From the human T2T-CHM13v2.0 reference genome, Homo sapiens, in the NCBI RefSeq assembly GCF_009914755.1, contig NC_060946.1: a DNA stretch of 64,000 nucleotides; one strand, written 5' to 3'. Positions 15,210-29,744 of the stretch are shown here, in pieces (positions within the stretch are counted from its first letter, which is position 1; the number at the start of each line of letters is the position of its first letter). The position numbers were made by a program, and so were the translations under genes. Below the pieces are notes generated by a model. That model ran no database searches and was not told the origin of the DNA. It saw nothing but the letters and a program-made list of their open reading frames with translations.

Positions 15210-16042
15210 TTATTCCCTCATGGTCCCCAAATGGCTGCCACAGTTCCAGCCATCCTCAGGAGCCCGGACAACATCCCACCAAGGAGGAGGGTGCATCACG
15301 AGGAAGACTTCTCCCTGTAGTCCACCCAGCAGACTTGCCCCCAGGTCCCCTTGGCCAGGATTTGGTAGGCAGAGGGTTGTGAAAATTGACACTTACAAAA
15401 TGGCAAAGAGAACACTGTGATGGGAGAAGCCCAGGAGTTGAGCACAGAGAAGGCACTTTACTTGGAGGAGAGAGCAGCAGAGAAGGCTTCCTGGAGGTGG
15501 TGACATCAGCACAAAGTAGAAATTGGCCAGAGAAAGGGGCAGGGAAGAGAAGGCAAATAGTAGTTCTTCCATCCCCTCCCCTCCCCTCCTCTCTCTCCCC
15601 TTTCGTTCCCTTCTTTACTTCATTCATTTATCCATTCAACAAAGACTTACCGAATGCCTCCAGTGTGCCAGGGACAGGGGGCAATAGCAGAGACTAAGAC
15701 ATAGAAGATTTCTGTTCTTATAAGCCTTCCTTAGAGGGACAGTAATAAATAAACAATTAGGGAAATACCAAGTAATTGTAATTATTAAAGTGTAAGCGGA
15801 AGGGTGCTGTGATAGGGTCTGGAGAGTAACCTTAGAGCTGTGACTCAGAAGCAAGAAGCATCAAGGCTGCGTAGGATCTGCAGGCAGCTCTGGGTTGGAA
15901 ACAACTGGGTGGAGGGGGCGGGGGGGGGTTTGCTCTGATTGCCCTGATGCCAGGGGCTCTGGAAGAGACTAAATCTAGGCTAGCCCAAGGTCTAGGACTC
16001 TGAGGCTGTGGAATGTGCATTGTACCCAAAAGATGGGCTGCC

Positions 16043-16189
16043 ATGGGGACCTGTGGAGTGACACCCCTTTGTCAAGATGCCAGGGCTGCCTGGCTGCCCC
16101 ATTCCCTGCCCTCTCCGCCCACCCCAGCATGGCTCCTGGAACAGCGTGGGTGGCGCAAAAGAGAGGCTCCCCATGTGCAGAGAAGCAAG
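16043..16189 (+). CDS. Candidate alternative first coding exon (49 aa, MGTCGVTPLCQ...HVQRSK), phase-0 donor
   Basis: Optimal Kozak GCTGCCATGG, open frame, AAG|gtatgt donor; G-rich tract at 15907-15928 upstream; no homology evidence. Confidence 0.25.
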
Positions 16190-16825
16190 GTATGTGAGAA
16201 CAGACCTCCAGCTGGGTCAGGAGAAAGCACTCCTGTGTGGAGGCGTGCTCTGCAAGTGGAGACCATTCCTCACAGCAGCTATGAGATGAGAGAGAGGTGG
16301 GGGCTGCACAGCTGAGTGATGGAAATGACGGGGGTGGGGCGTGGTACCACTGTTGCCTTGCCCAGAGAGTGGAAGCTGTTGAGCACAGGCCTCCAAGTCA
16401 GACTTTGCCACTAAGCCGCTGCACAATCTCCAGCCTTCACTCTCTGCCTCAGTTTTCTTCTCTGCACAGTGGGGATGCTTGTTTTGTTCCCATGAGTTGG
16501 TCAGAGCATATGTTACCACCACTGGTAAGAAGGGTACCGTTTTTCTCCCCTTTTAAAGGCAGAGAAGGTGAGGCTCAGAGAAGGTAAGCTACTTGCCCAG
16601 GATCACATAGCAAGGAGCTGGAGGGCCAGGCAGTCAGACTTTGGAGCCCTGCCCTAAACCGTGCTTGTGAGGATGACATGAGATGATGTGGGGCCTGGCA
16701 CACACAATATGTCCTGTCAGCTCTTAGGAAACATGTACCCTATCGGAGCAGCCTTTGGATGAGTGTTGATTTAGCCTGGGGAAGGGGGGCATTTCTCTTT
16801 ATAAGTTTGTCTTTCAAAATGTGGG

Positions 16826-17096
16826 TTTTTTTGTTTTTTTTTTTTTTTTTTTTTTTTAGATAGAGTCTCGCTCAGTCACCTAGGTTGGAGTGCAGTGGTG
16901 CAACCTTGGCTCACTGCAACCTCTGCCTCCCGGGTTCACAGGTGTGCGCCACCATACCTGGCTAATTTTTGTATTTTTAGTAGAGATGGGGTTTCACCAT
17001 GTTGGTCAGGCTGGTCTCGAACTCCTGACCTCATGATCCACCCGCCTCGGCCTCCCGAAGTACTGGTATTACAGGTGTGAGCCACCGCACCTGGCC
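16826..17096 (-). mobile_element. AluS with ~40-bp internal deletion
   Basis: cgggttca joined directly to caggtgtgcgcc. Confidence 0.9.
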
Positions 17097-19643
17097 AAAT
17101 ATGGGTACTTAAGCCACACTCGTTCCAATGGTGGGATTCCAATGGGGCAGTCCCCATTGGAATATCCATGCCTGTTGCTGGGGGCCTCCTGTGTGCTCTT
17201 GGCTTGCACTGATACCTGGGAGGTAGGTGTCATGATTTCCATCTGCAAAAGGAGGCAGCTGAGGCAGGAGAAGGTGGTGCAAGGGCCCCAGGCCATACAG
17301 TATTTGTAACTGGGTCTGGTGGCCTTGCAGAGGAAGGTGGAGGATTTTGAGTTGGTCTTTCCTGTGGTCTTCCTGGGTAACCCCCTTGGGGAATCACGTC
17401 CCAGAGAGGAGGGGAGCATTGCCTGGGGCCCCACAGTGGTGTGGGGCAGAGCCTGGCTCTTCCTCTCCATTCAGCCTGGGCAGGAGGGCATGGAAAATGC
17501 CCTCTGAGGCCACCCAGACCTGCTGGTCACTGGAGCTGTCGATGTGGTTGAGTTTTCGTCAGAACTGAGTATGGGAGGGGGTCCCCAAAGCCATGTTGGT
17601 GAACCTTGTGTTTTTCACCATCAGGCTTCAGTTGGGGTTCACAACCAATCTAAGTGTGAGTGGGAGAAAGCCAAATGGAGTGGAAGGGAGGAGGAACACA
17701 GGGCAAGGTCTTCCCTCCTATGACCACATCTTCTGTACCCCATAATCCAGCTGACACAAATGGGGGTATTCACAGGGGCAGGGTAGCCCGGTGGTTAAGG
17801 GCCCAGGCTTTGAGTTCCACCCAGCCGTGGGTTGTGTCACAGCTCTGCACATAGCAGATGCATGACTTGGACTAGTGATGTCATTGTCCAGAGCCTCTGT
17901 TGTCCCATCTGTACAATGGAGATTACAGCCTTCCTGGGTTATACCTGTCAACGAGGCAGTAGGGCGCACAGTAGGCCCTTGGTGAATGACAGCTACTGTG
18001 AGTTGAGACTATGCTTACTACAAACCCCAAGTAAAATAGTTGCACAGGCTAGGGATTGGGTCTTTGGCTTCCCTGCTATAGTACCTGGTTCATAGTAGAC
18101 ACTCAAGAAAGTGCCTGTTGAAGTCAGAAGGATGGGAGGGAGGAAGCAAGGAAAGAAGGCCAGAAAGGCCTTCTCATTTTTTCAATCTTTTATGATACTC
18201 ATGGAGACCTTTATAATCTCGGAGTGTTGCTTAGAGGGCAGTTCAGCCAAGTAAAGCAAACTCACTGGTCAGAAATACATTGCTTAGGGGAGGTCATGTG
18301 TTCCTTATCCCATTTCTCATTTGTTGTTTCCCAAGAACATCTTGCTTTGTTTTGCTAACCGAGCCAACAGTATGGAACTTCAGTCGCTGTGGTGGAAAGA
18401 AACGTGTTGTCCAGCCCCAGGCAGTGTGGCCAAAGATACCAGCAGAGCTCCCCTCCTCTTTCCCAGGGTCTGATTGCCCCCAGAACCACCGGGTGGCCCA
18501 GGGAGATAAGTCAGGCAGGGGAATTAGGTGGGGGCCTGCCGCCTGCCTTTTTCCATTTTAGAGAAGGCCAGGGTTTGCAGCCTTGTAAGAGGCCTGGCTC
18601 TTGGAAGAGGGGCTGTAATTACAGATTGGCTTTGCCATGCCAGGCAGGGCCACATGGCAGACTCTCCACAGCATGGAAAACGCTGCTTTCTACTTGAGCT
18701 GAGGGTGGGGCCTGATAAAGAAAGGTGATGAGTTTCTGTCTGTTTCTAGAAAGATTTCCTTGCTAGATGATTTTTATTGATTGATTGATTGATTGATTGC
18801 TCATCCCAAGGTTAAAGACATCTTAGGTCACTAAAATGACTATTTGAAGAAGAATGTGATAAATTAACACAAGGAAATAATCTTGGGCTTGGTTTATAAA
18901 TAATCTGGGATTGACTTGTAAAATCAAGTCATTTCTATTTTTTTTTCTTTTATCTGAATTCCTTTCCCTGTTGCCTTGGAAACAAGTCTCCCAAGAAGGA
19001 TGTTTGGAGTCCTGTGACTTGGGTTCAAGCCTCAGTGATTCCTTCATCTCACACAGTGGGTACGATGAGAGCCTCTTCAGGATGTTGAGTGTCAAGGGTG
19101 GACAGGACACGTCCCTGCCGCCCACAGGCTCGGGACCTGGAGGGGAAGACTGATGGGTAAACCAAATTATGGCCAGGTAAACTGTGTGATTCGGTAGGGG
19201 TTACATAGGCAGAGTGGGACCCCAGAGGTGCCCCCTGCCCCCATGGATATAAGGAAACGGGAGGTGTCTCAGAGGCGGGAGTATCTAAGCTGAGCTGTGG
19301 TGGACTAGATGCTGGCCAGGTGAGGAAGGGGTGGAAAGGTGTCTTAGCCAGAGGGAACAGCATATGCAAAAGGCTGAACCAGAGATGTCATGGCACATTC
19401 CAGGATTAACATCTGTCCAGTTTGTTCAGGGTAGAAAGAAGCTGGGAAACAGGTAATATGTGAGGTTGCAGACGCTGTCAAAGTTCAGATCATGCACATT
19501 TCCTAGGAGATATCAGAGAGGGCGCCTGCTGCAGATGGACTGTGAGGCCTTAGGGCAGCCCTCGGTCTGGGCCTGTTTCTTCAGTTTAGTGGGAAGGTTG
19601 GCCTAGGTTGGTCCCTGCTGGTGTCTTGATTCTGACTGTCTAG

Positions 19644-20030
<387 letters not shown>

Positions 20031-20386
20031 TGAGTGTTAACTATGTGCCAGCGGCACAAATTATCTCAGTTGTTTTTTTTGTCACAACCTTTTGAAGGGG
20101 GTGGGCCTCATACAAGATGAGAAAACCATGACTCAGGCGATGCAGGCCTTACGCGGAAGCCCTGTGCCATCCGCTGCCTTCTGACTGACGGTGTTGCTCC
20201 ACCTGAAAGAGAGAAAAAAGTAGGTTGAAGCTGAGTTCATGAGCCAGCCCTTCCCACACGTAGTCCTGGGAATTTGTCTCCAGGCCAGTCGACAAGAAAG
20301 GGAAACTAATGCAATTGGCAACTGGGCAAGCCCTTCTGAAGGCTTTTCCTGACCCTCACAAGAGGCCTGGGGAACAACCCAGGTAA

Positions 20387-21076
<690 letters not shown>

Positions 21077-21194
21077 AGGGCAAGTCCTTTTGGCTTTTTA
21101 AACCTCACTGGCCTCTGCAAAATGGGGAACATCACTAATACGACTCACGCTCAAGTGTTGTTTTGAGGGTTAATGAGGTGAGATGTGCAAGTAA

Positions 21195-21562
<368 letters not shown>

Positions 21563-22280
21563 CCACCTTCTTTATTAACATAATATTAGTGTACCTCTTA
21601 GTCTAGGATGCACAGTCCTGGAATGTCCAATCTTTTAGGAAGCAGGATGTGAAGAGGGTCATATGAGTGGGACCTCCTGCGGGAGATCTGGAAAAAGCCG
21701 AAGGTTGTCTTGGAGGTGGGAGAGGAGGGGAAGGCAGCTGTAGGCAGGGATGCCACATGTCCAGAACTCCGAGGGCAAGACTGAACGTGCCCCGACTTCC
21801 TGGCCTTTGCACGTGGTGTTCTCAATTTCAGCCCTCTTGGAATACTCCTATTTATCCTTCAAAACCCCACCCAGATACCCTTCTTTTGATTGTAAGTCTT
21901 TAATAAGTGATCATTTCCCTGTGACCTTCTTTCCTCAACCTTTGAATTTCTTGGTTGGGGTTCACCCTCCCTATTATGTTCCCATAGCATGTTATTCACT
22001 TGTTCATCAGAACCCTTGGCAATTGTTCATTTTTTTTTTCCTATTTCTTTCTTCCACCAGACCAGGGATTCTTAAAATTATACATTTTTGTATTTGATTT
22101 TGGGGAGAAAATGGGATAGCCTCAGATTTGAGTTGGCCTTCCACCCTTAATGGCTAAGAATCAGATAGATACACTGAGCTCTTCAGAGACCATAGGTCCC
22201 CTCAAGCCCAACACTGAACTTGCAGAAAGTAACTGTCCAGGGAATGTTTGTTGAATGAATGAATGACCGACATATTCTGA

Positions 22281-22605
22281 TTTCTTCTTTCTCTTTCTTT
22301 CTTTCCTTCCTTTTCTTTTTTTTTTGAGACTGAGTCTCGCTCTGTTGCCCAGGCTGGAATGCAATGGTGTGTTCTCAGCTCATTGCAACATACCTCCCGG
22401 GTTCAAGCAATTCTCCTGCCTCAGCCTCCCAAATAGCTAGGATTCCAGGTGCCCACCACCACTCCCAGCTAATTTTTACATTTTTAGTAGATATGGGGTT
22501 TCGCCATGTTGGCCATGCTGGTCTCAAACTCCTGACCTCAGAGAATCTACCCACCTGAGCCTCCCAAAGTGTTGGGATTACGGGCATAAGCCACCACGCC
22601 TGGCC
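22281..22605 (-). mobile_element. Alu
   Basis: Reverse Alu; TSD ttctgatttct. Confidence 0.95.
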
Positions 22606-23000
22606 CATTTTCTGATTTCTGAAATCACACGTGATTGTCTAGAAATGGCGATCTCTGTGTCTCGCCTCACATTGTAAAAGAAATTCCCATTTACTTCCTG
22701 GATCTCAGCAGCTTCTCCAGCATTTTTTGGATTAATTATGTAAGAAAAAGATGGTTTTCTTTCTTTTTTGATGCCCAAAACATCCCAAGAGTTTCCTGGA
22801 GAGAACAGAAGACTTTGCAGAAAAAGTCCTCTGGGGGGGAAAATGCTTGTGCTGCCCCAGTTTTCAGGAAGCGAAGCTTTTTATAGTCACACTTGCAGAC
22901 CGCTCTGTACCTAAAGGAAGCCAGGAGGGAACAAGCAGGAATCTGGCTTTGTAGCTCACTTCTGCACCCCTCTCCCCTTTCTGGAAGGAGGCAGAACTGG

Positions 23001-23063
23001 ATGATCCCACCTGCCATTTGGTCTCTGCTTTTCTGGGCGCTTGTCGCCATCCAGACTGATTTG
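23001..23063 (+). CDS. Candidate alternative first coding exon with a hydrophobic N-terminus (MIPPAIWSLLFWALVAIQTDL), phase-0 donor
   Basis: ATG at 23001, TTG|gtgagg donor; second in-frame donor CAG|gtatga at 23093; lies in a unique sequence island at 22610-23100. Confidence 0.35.
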
Positions 23064-23339
23064 GTGAGGGCCAGGATATATAGCTTGTCACAGGTATGAA
23101 GTTGGGGGGGGGGTGCCAAACTCCACCACTTAATAGCTGTGTGACCTTGTGTTGGTCATTTCACTTCTTTCTGCCGTGGTTTTTCCATCAGTAAAATGTG
23201 AGTGATAACCATATTAATAGTATCAGCCTCCTTTCATTGTTGGGAGGAGCTGATGGTGTAATACAGTGATGCAATGTAATGCCTGGCACATAGTAAGTGC
23301 TCAGTTAGCAGTAGTGATGGTGGTGATGGTGGTGGTGGT

Positions 23340-23750
23340 CTTTGGTCAGGTTCCCTAGAAGCAGAGACTGACATGAGGATTCTGGTGCAGTGATTCATTG
23401 AGGGAAAGCTCTCAAGCGAAACCCATAAGGAAGAAAGGGCAACAACTGGGGCAGGGGACAAAGCTAACTACAGATGTGGTTTCAGCTGAGCCCCAGCCTC
23501 AGCCCAGTCCCATGGGGACCCCTAGAGTGTGAATTGCATCACTGAGTTGGTGGTGCCTTGAGGCAAGGAGACCTGAGTGTTGTGTTCTGTATTGGTCAGT
23601 CATTGGCTGTGGGCATCTGGACATAGCCTTCAGTAAGGGCAGTTCTCCAGAGGAGGGTAGAGCTCTGAGCCTTTCGTAACCAGCATTCACAGCAGCTGAC
23701 GTGTGTGTGTGCACCTTCTAGAAAAGGGGATCTTAGTCAGGGGAGGTACT
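23340..23750. mobile_element. ERVL LTR fragment (LTR16-like)
   Basis: ggtcaggttccctagaagcagagactgacatgaggatt...tattggtcagtcattggctg. Confidence 0.55.
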
Positions 23751-24395
23751 AGCTGCATCGATGGAAATGATGAGTTTGATGACTTCATCTCTGAAAACCA
23801 GAGAAGTCAAGTAACTTGTTCACCGTCACACAGCTAATAAGAGCTATAGCTGGGTCTCCAAACCCTTAATCATGATGCTATACTTATTTAGCAAGGACGG
23901 GGTGGGTCTAGAATAAGGCAAGTGAGGTGCTCACATAGGGCACAAAATTGGGGGACATCAAGAAAAGTCACTGATCACTGAATAATATTTCAATTGTTTT
24001 TAAAAAATTAAAATTAATGCAAAAATTTGTGATGAGAAAGGAATCAGAACTATAAATAAAAACAGGATGAGTATTACTTATTTTTTTCCTTTTGCCTCTG
24101 GCGCCAGCATGGCTTGCACTGCACTGAGCAAGTCCCTTTTTGAATAATTAGGTTCTTACACCTTTTCATCATTATCTATGTGACTGTGATGAACATTCTT
24201 ATAGCAAAATGTTTGTATATTATTATTGTTATTTCCAAAGGAATTCCTGTGTGTGGAACTGGATCACTAACTATAGGGTCAAAAGTTGGACACAGTGCCC
24301 CCCCACCCCAACCTTTTGTTATGAAAATGTTCAAACATATAGAAAAATTATATAGGAAAACACCCATCAGCTAGATTCTATAAAATTTGCTATGT

Positions 24396-24709
<314 letters not shown>

Positions 24710-24751
24710 CTATGTGTGCTTTATAAAAATGTAGCCATCCATCCATGGCAC

Positions 24752-25331
<580 letters not shown>

Positions 25332-25944
25332 TCAATATGTATGTCATTAACTGGCAAGCCATTATTTTTTAAGACTTTTGATTTAGGGTGTTAAATTTCT
25401 TCCAGGAAATATATATCAGTTTTCATGTCCATCTGCTGTGGACATATGTGTCTTGTTTCACCACAACCTTGACAACACTGGGTATGATCATTTTAAAGGT
25501 GTTTTACTTTCTATTTTGATTTAACATTTTTCCTCCTGAGGACCCCAGTGGATTTCCCACCCCGATGTCCAGATGGTCTGTTAAAAAGCTGTGTGCCATT
25601 CCAGCTTTCTAGGTATTTCTGGTGTGACTTTTCTGGGGCCAGCGGGGAGGACTCAGCTCTTTCTCAGGTCTGTTCCTGTTTCCACTCTGGACGTCCTGGG
25701 CCTGCGTAATGAGGGAGCAGACCATGAAGAGGACTTCATGGTGTAGGAGCTCACTATGGGCAATCTGTGTGGGGAAAATGGACAAACTTTGGAGGCCCAC
25801 TTTGGATGCCAGAAGTCCTGGGACCTAGGAGGCTGCATGTGGTGGAGGGTGGAGCCAGGCACTCATGGAAGTGCGACCTAGCCCTGTGTATGTTTCCTGT
25901 GTATGTTTCCTCACCTGCATGGTGGAGTAATACTTCTGGATATA

Positions 25945-26860
<916 letters not shown>

Positions 26861-27118
26861 TAACCTTGGTACATGATTTCACCTCTGTGGATCTCAGTCT
26901 CCTCTGTCAAATGGGTTCATGCAAAAAAATTCATTAGTTGATTCCTGTGAATGCTTAGAAATGGTGTTGGACATTTAGTTACCTCTTGATAAATATTAGC
27001 CACCACTGTCATCCCCTGCTGGGCTGTGAGCCCTCTGCTCTTAATCTCTATGCAGTGCCTGGCTCAGAGTAGGCACCCTCTGAATCTTTATTAAATGAAT
27101 GAATGAAAGAATGAATGA

Positions 27119-27555
<437 letters not shown>

Positions 27556-27930
27556 CTAGAAAACAAATATTTGTTCAAAACTGAAGTGAGGTGGTGGTGG
27601 AAAGGACATAGGATGCATTCTGAGCGACCTGGGTTTCAATTGTGTACTTGGTGTCCGAACAATAAATATTTACAGAGCCCTGACTCTGGGCCAGGTACCA
27701 TGTCAGACCTGGGAAAACCTGGGGTGGGAGCAGCTCTGGTGCATGCCTGGTGACATCCTTGCTGTGTGACCTTGGGCAAGTGAATCTATGTCTCTGAATC
27801 TGCATTTCCTTGTCTGTAAAAGTAGTGGGGTTGGGGGGACATGGATCCCTGCTAGAAGGAGAAACCTCCTTTAACAGGTGTGCCTGACCTCCAGGATCCA
27901 GCTGCTGCCCACCCCCTTCTAACAACCCCT

Positions 27931-28004
27931 GACATGTTTGGGATCTCCAGGCAGAGGACAGAAAACCTGCATGGGTCAGATGAGCGGGGCCTGGCCGAGG
28001 ACAG
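27931..28004 (+). repeat. 74-bp dispersed duplicate of 28853-28926
   Basis: 68/74 identical by manual alignment. Confidence 0.95.
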
Positions 28005-28163
28005 TGGGTGTTAGGGTCTAGTCGTACCCCCAACCCCTAGTACTCCAGCCCTGTAAGGGTTAAAACCCAGGGAGCTCACGTGACCTAGTGTAAACCATGA
28101 ATCATTCCCATTGCTCCCAGTGCTGAGCCTGCTGCCCAGGACAGGGCAGATGCTGTGCCCCGG

Positions 28164-28177
28164 GTTGCCATGGCAAC
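28164..28177. promoter_or_regulatory. Perfect palindromic RFX X-box
   Basis: GTTGCCATGGCAAC; E-box TCACGTGA nearby at 28076-28083. Confidence 0.75.
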
Positions 28178-28479
28178 TCCGCCTGTACTGAAATACAGCC
28201 CTCCCCAGTCCTTCCTGGGGGACCTCAGAGGCTGTCTCACCTGGATCAGTGTTGCCTTCCAGAGAGGGAGGGAGAGACAGCTGAAAAGGAGAGAGAGAGG
28301 AGAGACGCTTAGAGACAAGCAAGTGGAAGTTGAGACACAGGGAGAGGGAGGAGAGCGAGGCTGAGAAATCAACAGAGAAACAGACCACGAGAGGGAGACA
28401 GACTGACAGCCGACCAGAGGTCCCAAGACGCTGCCTGTAACCTTAGAGGCAGAAGCCGTTTCCCAGCAGTGCTAACCTT

Positions 28480-29150
28480 CCCGGGGCTGCCAGATCGCCG
28501 ACATACACGCACACACACACAGAGTGCACACACATGCACACACGTGCAGCCGCATTTCCTGGTGCGCTTGCTGTGAGGGCACAGGGGTGGGTAGGCTGGC
28601 AGGCACGTGAAGTTGCCATCAGCCCCGAGGGACCGTGAGCGAGTTGGGACTTGGGGGAGAAAAAAATGGGGGCGGACGTCAGCTCCCTGGGCGGCCGCCG
28701 CCACCGCCTCCGCCTCCCCGAGGCCCCTCCTGCATTCCTGGGCAGCGAAGCCCCTCGCTAAGACGGGGGCTGATGTCATCCCGGGCTGCTCAGCCAGGGG
28801 ACCCGGGGGCCCTGGTGGCTGCCTCCGGAAGTGAGCTAGCCGCCTGCCGGCCGACAGGTTTGGAATCTCCAGCCAGAGGACAGAAAACCTGCATGGGTCA
28901 GGTGAGCGGGGTCTGGCCGAGGGCAGCCGGGCAGGGGGCAGCAGGGTGCGGCAGCTTGCCCACCGGAACCTCCCAGGGTGCACCTCAGGGGGGCTGCCTA
29001 CCTGAAGGGAAGTGAGGACGAGGGTGCCCAAGGCCGCCCCCTCCACCCCCACCCCCATCCCCATCCCCCGCCTTTCGGGACCGTCACGCCCTGGAGTGAG
29101 TGCAGCCGGCTTGTTCCTCAAAGCTCCTTGTCTCGGCCGATCAGCTGGGT
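28480..29150. promoter_or_regulatory. CpG island / probable bidirectional intragenic promoter
   Basis: Most CpG-dense unique region of the window; GC box at ~28668, CRE-like TGATGTCA at 28771, ETS/GABP CCGGAAGTG at 28825. Confidence 0.8.
28893..28901 (+). CDS. End of a candidate CpG-island first exon: ATG GGT CAG (MGQ) + phase-0 donor; may instead be 5'UTR
   Basis: Strong donor CAG|gtgagc at 28901/28902 inside the CpG island. Confidence 0.35.
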
Positions 29151-29459
29151 GAGCCCTGGAACTGGAACCTGGACTGCCCAGTGTGTTGACTTTATAACTC
29201 CGCTGGGGTGGACTCCCAGCCTGGCACTTAGCTGCCTCTTAATTCTGAGCGGCACCCGTGGATGCAGCCGGCTCCTGGCTCAGGGATGTTTACTTACCCT
29301 TGGTTTGCCTGAAGAAAGCTGCTGTTTTTAATTTTTTTTCCTCCAAGCAAGCCCAAAACTTCCATGAGCAAAAGAGTCCAAAGAGGCAAGAGGACACTGG
29401 CGTTTTAATTGCTCTCTCCCTCCCTAACTTCCTTCTTCCCTCTCCTCCTGGCTGGCCCC

Positions 29460-29744
29460 ATGGATTACCTGGGAGATAAACTCACAGTGGCCCAGACCCA
29501 CATGACCCAGTGGATGGGCACCGTGAGGAGGTCCTTCCAGGAAGCCCTCAATTTGGTGACCACCACGGTGGGCCACGAACGGACGAGTGCAGAGTCGGCC
29601 AGCCGGACCCCCTTCAAGCGTACTTCCTCCTTCCGACACCTGGCTTCCCGGAGTCGGGAATCCTTCCGCCGCTTCTCTGCTCGCAGCCAACAGAGATTTT
29701 CTTCACTGAGGAAAAGGCATACAGATTCGGAACCGCCAGATATT
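29460..29744 (+). CDS. KIAA1671: Alternative first coding exon, 95 aa (MDYLGDKLTVAQTHMTQWMGTVRRSFQEAL...SEPPDI), likely of a short KIAA1671 isoform
   Basis: Non-repetitive ATG-initiated frame, CpG-retaining coding-like composition, ATT|gtaagc phase-0 donor, beside a CpG island. Exon call fairly secure; gene name from recall only (~0.55). Confidence 0.7.

Noticed and set aside
28369-29121. 250-aa minus-strand ORF
   Set aside because: Starts at TTG, lies in a GC-rich CpG island where stops are rare, has low-complexity P/R/A and CVCV content, and resembles no protein I recognise
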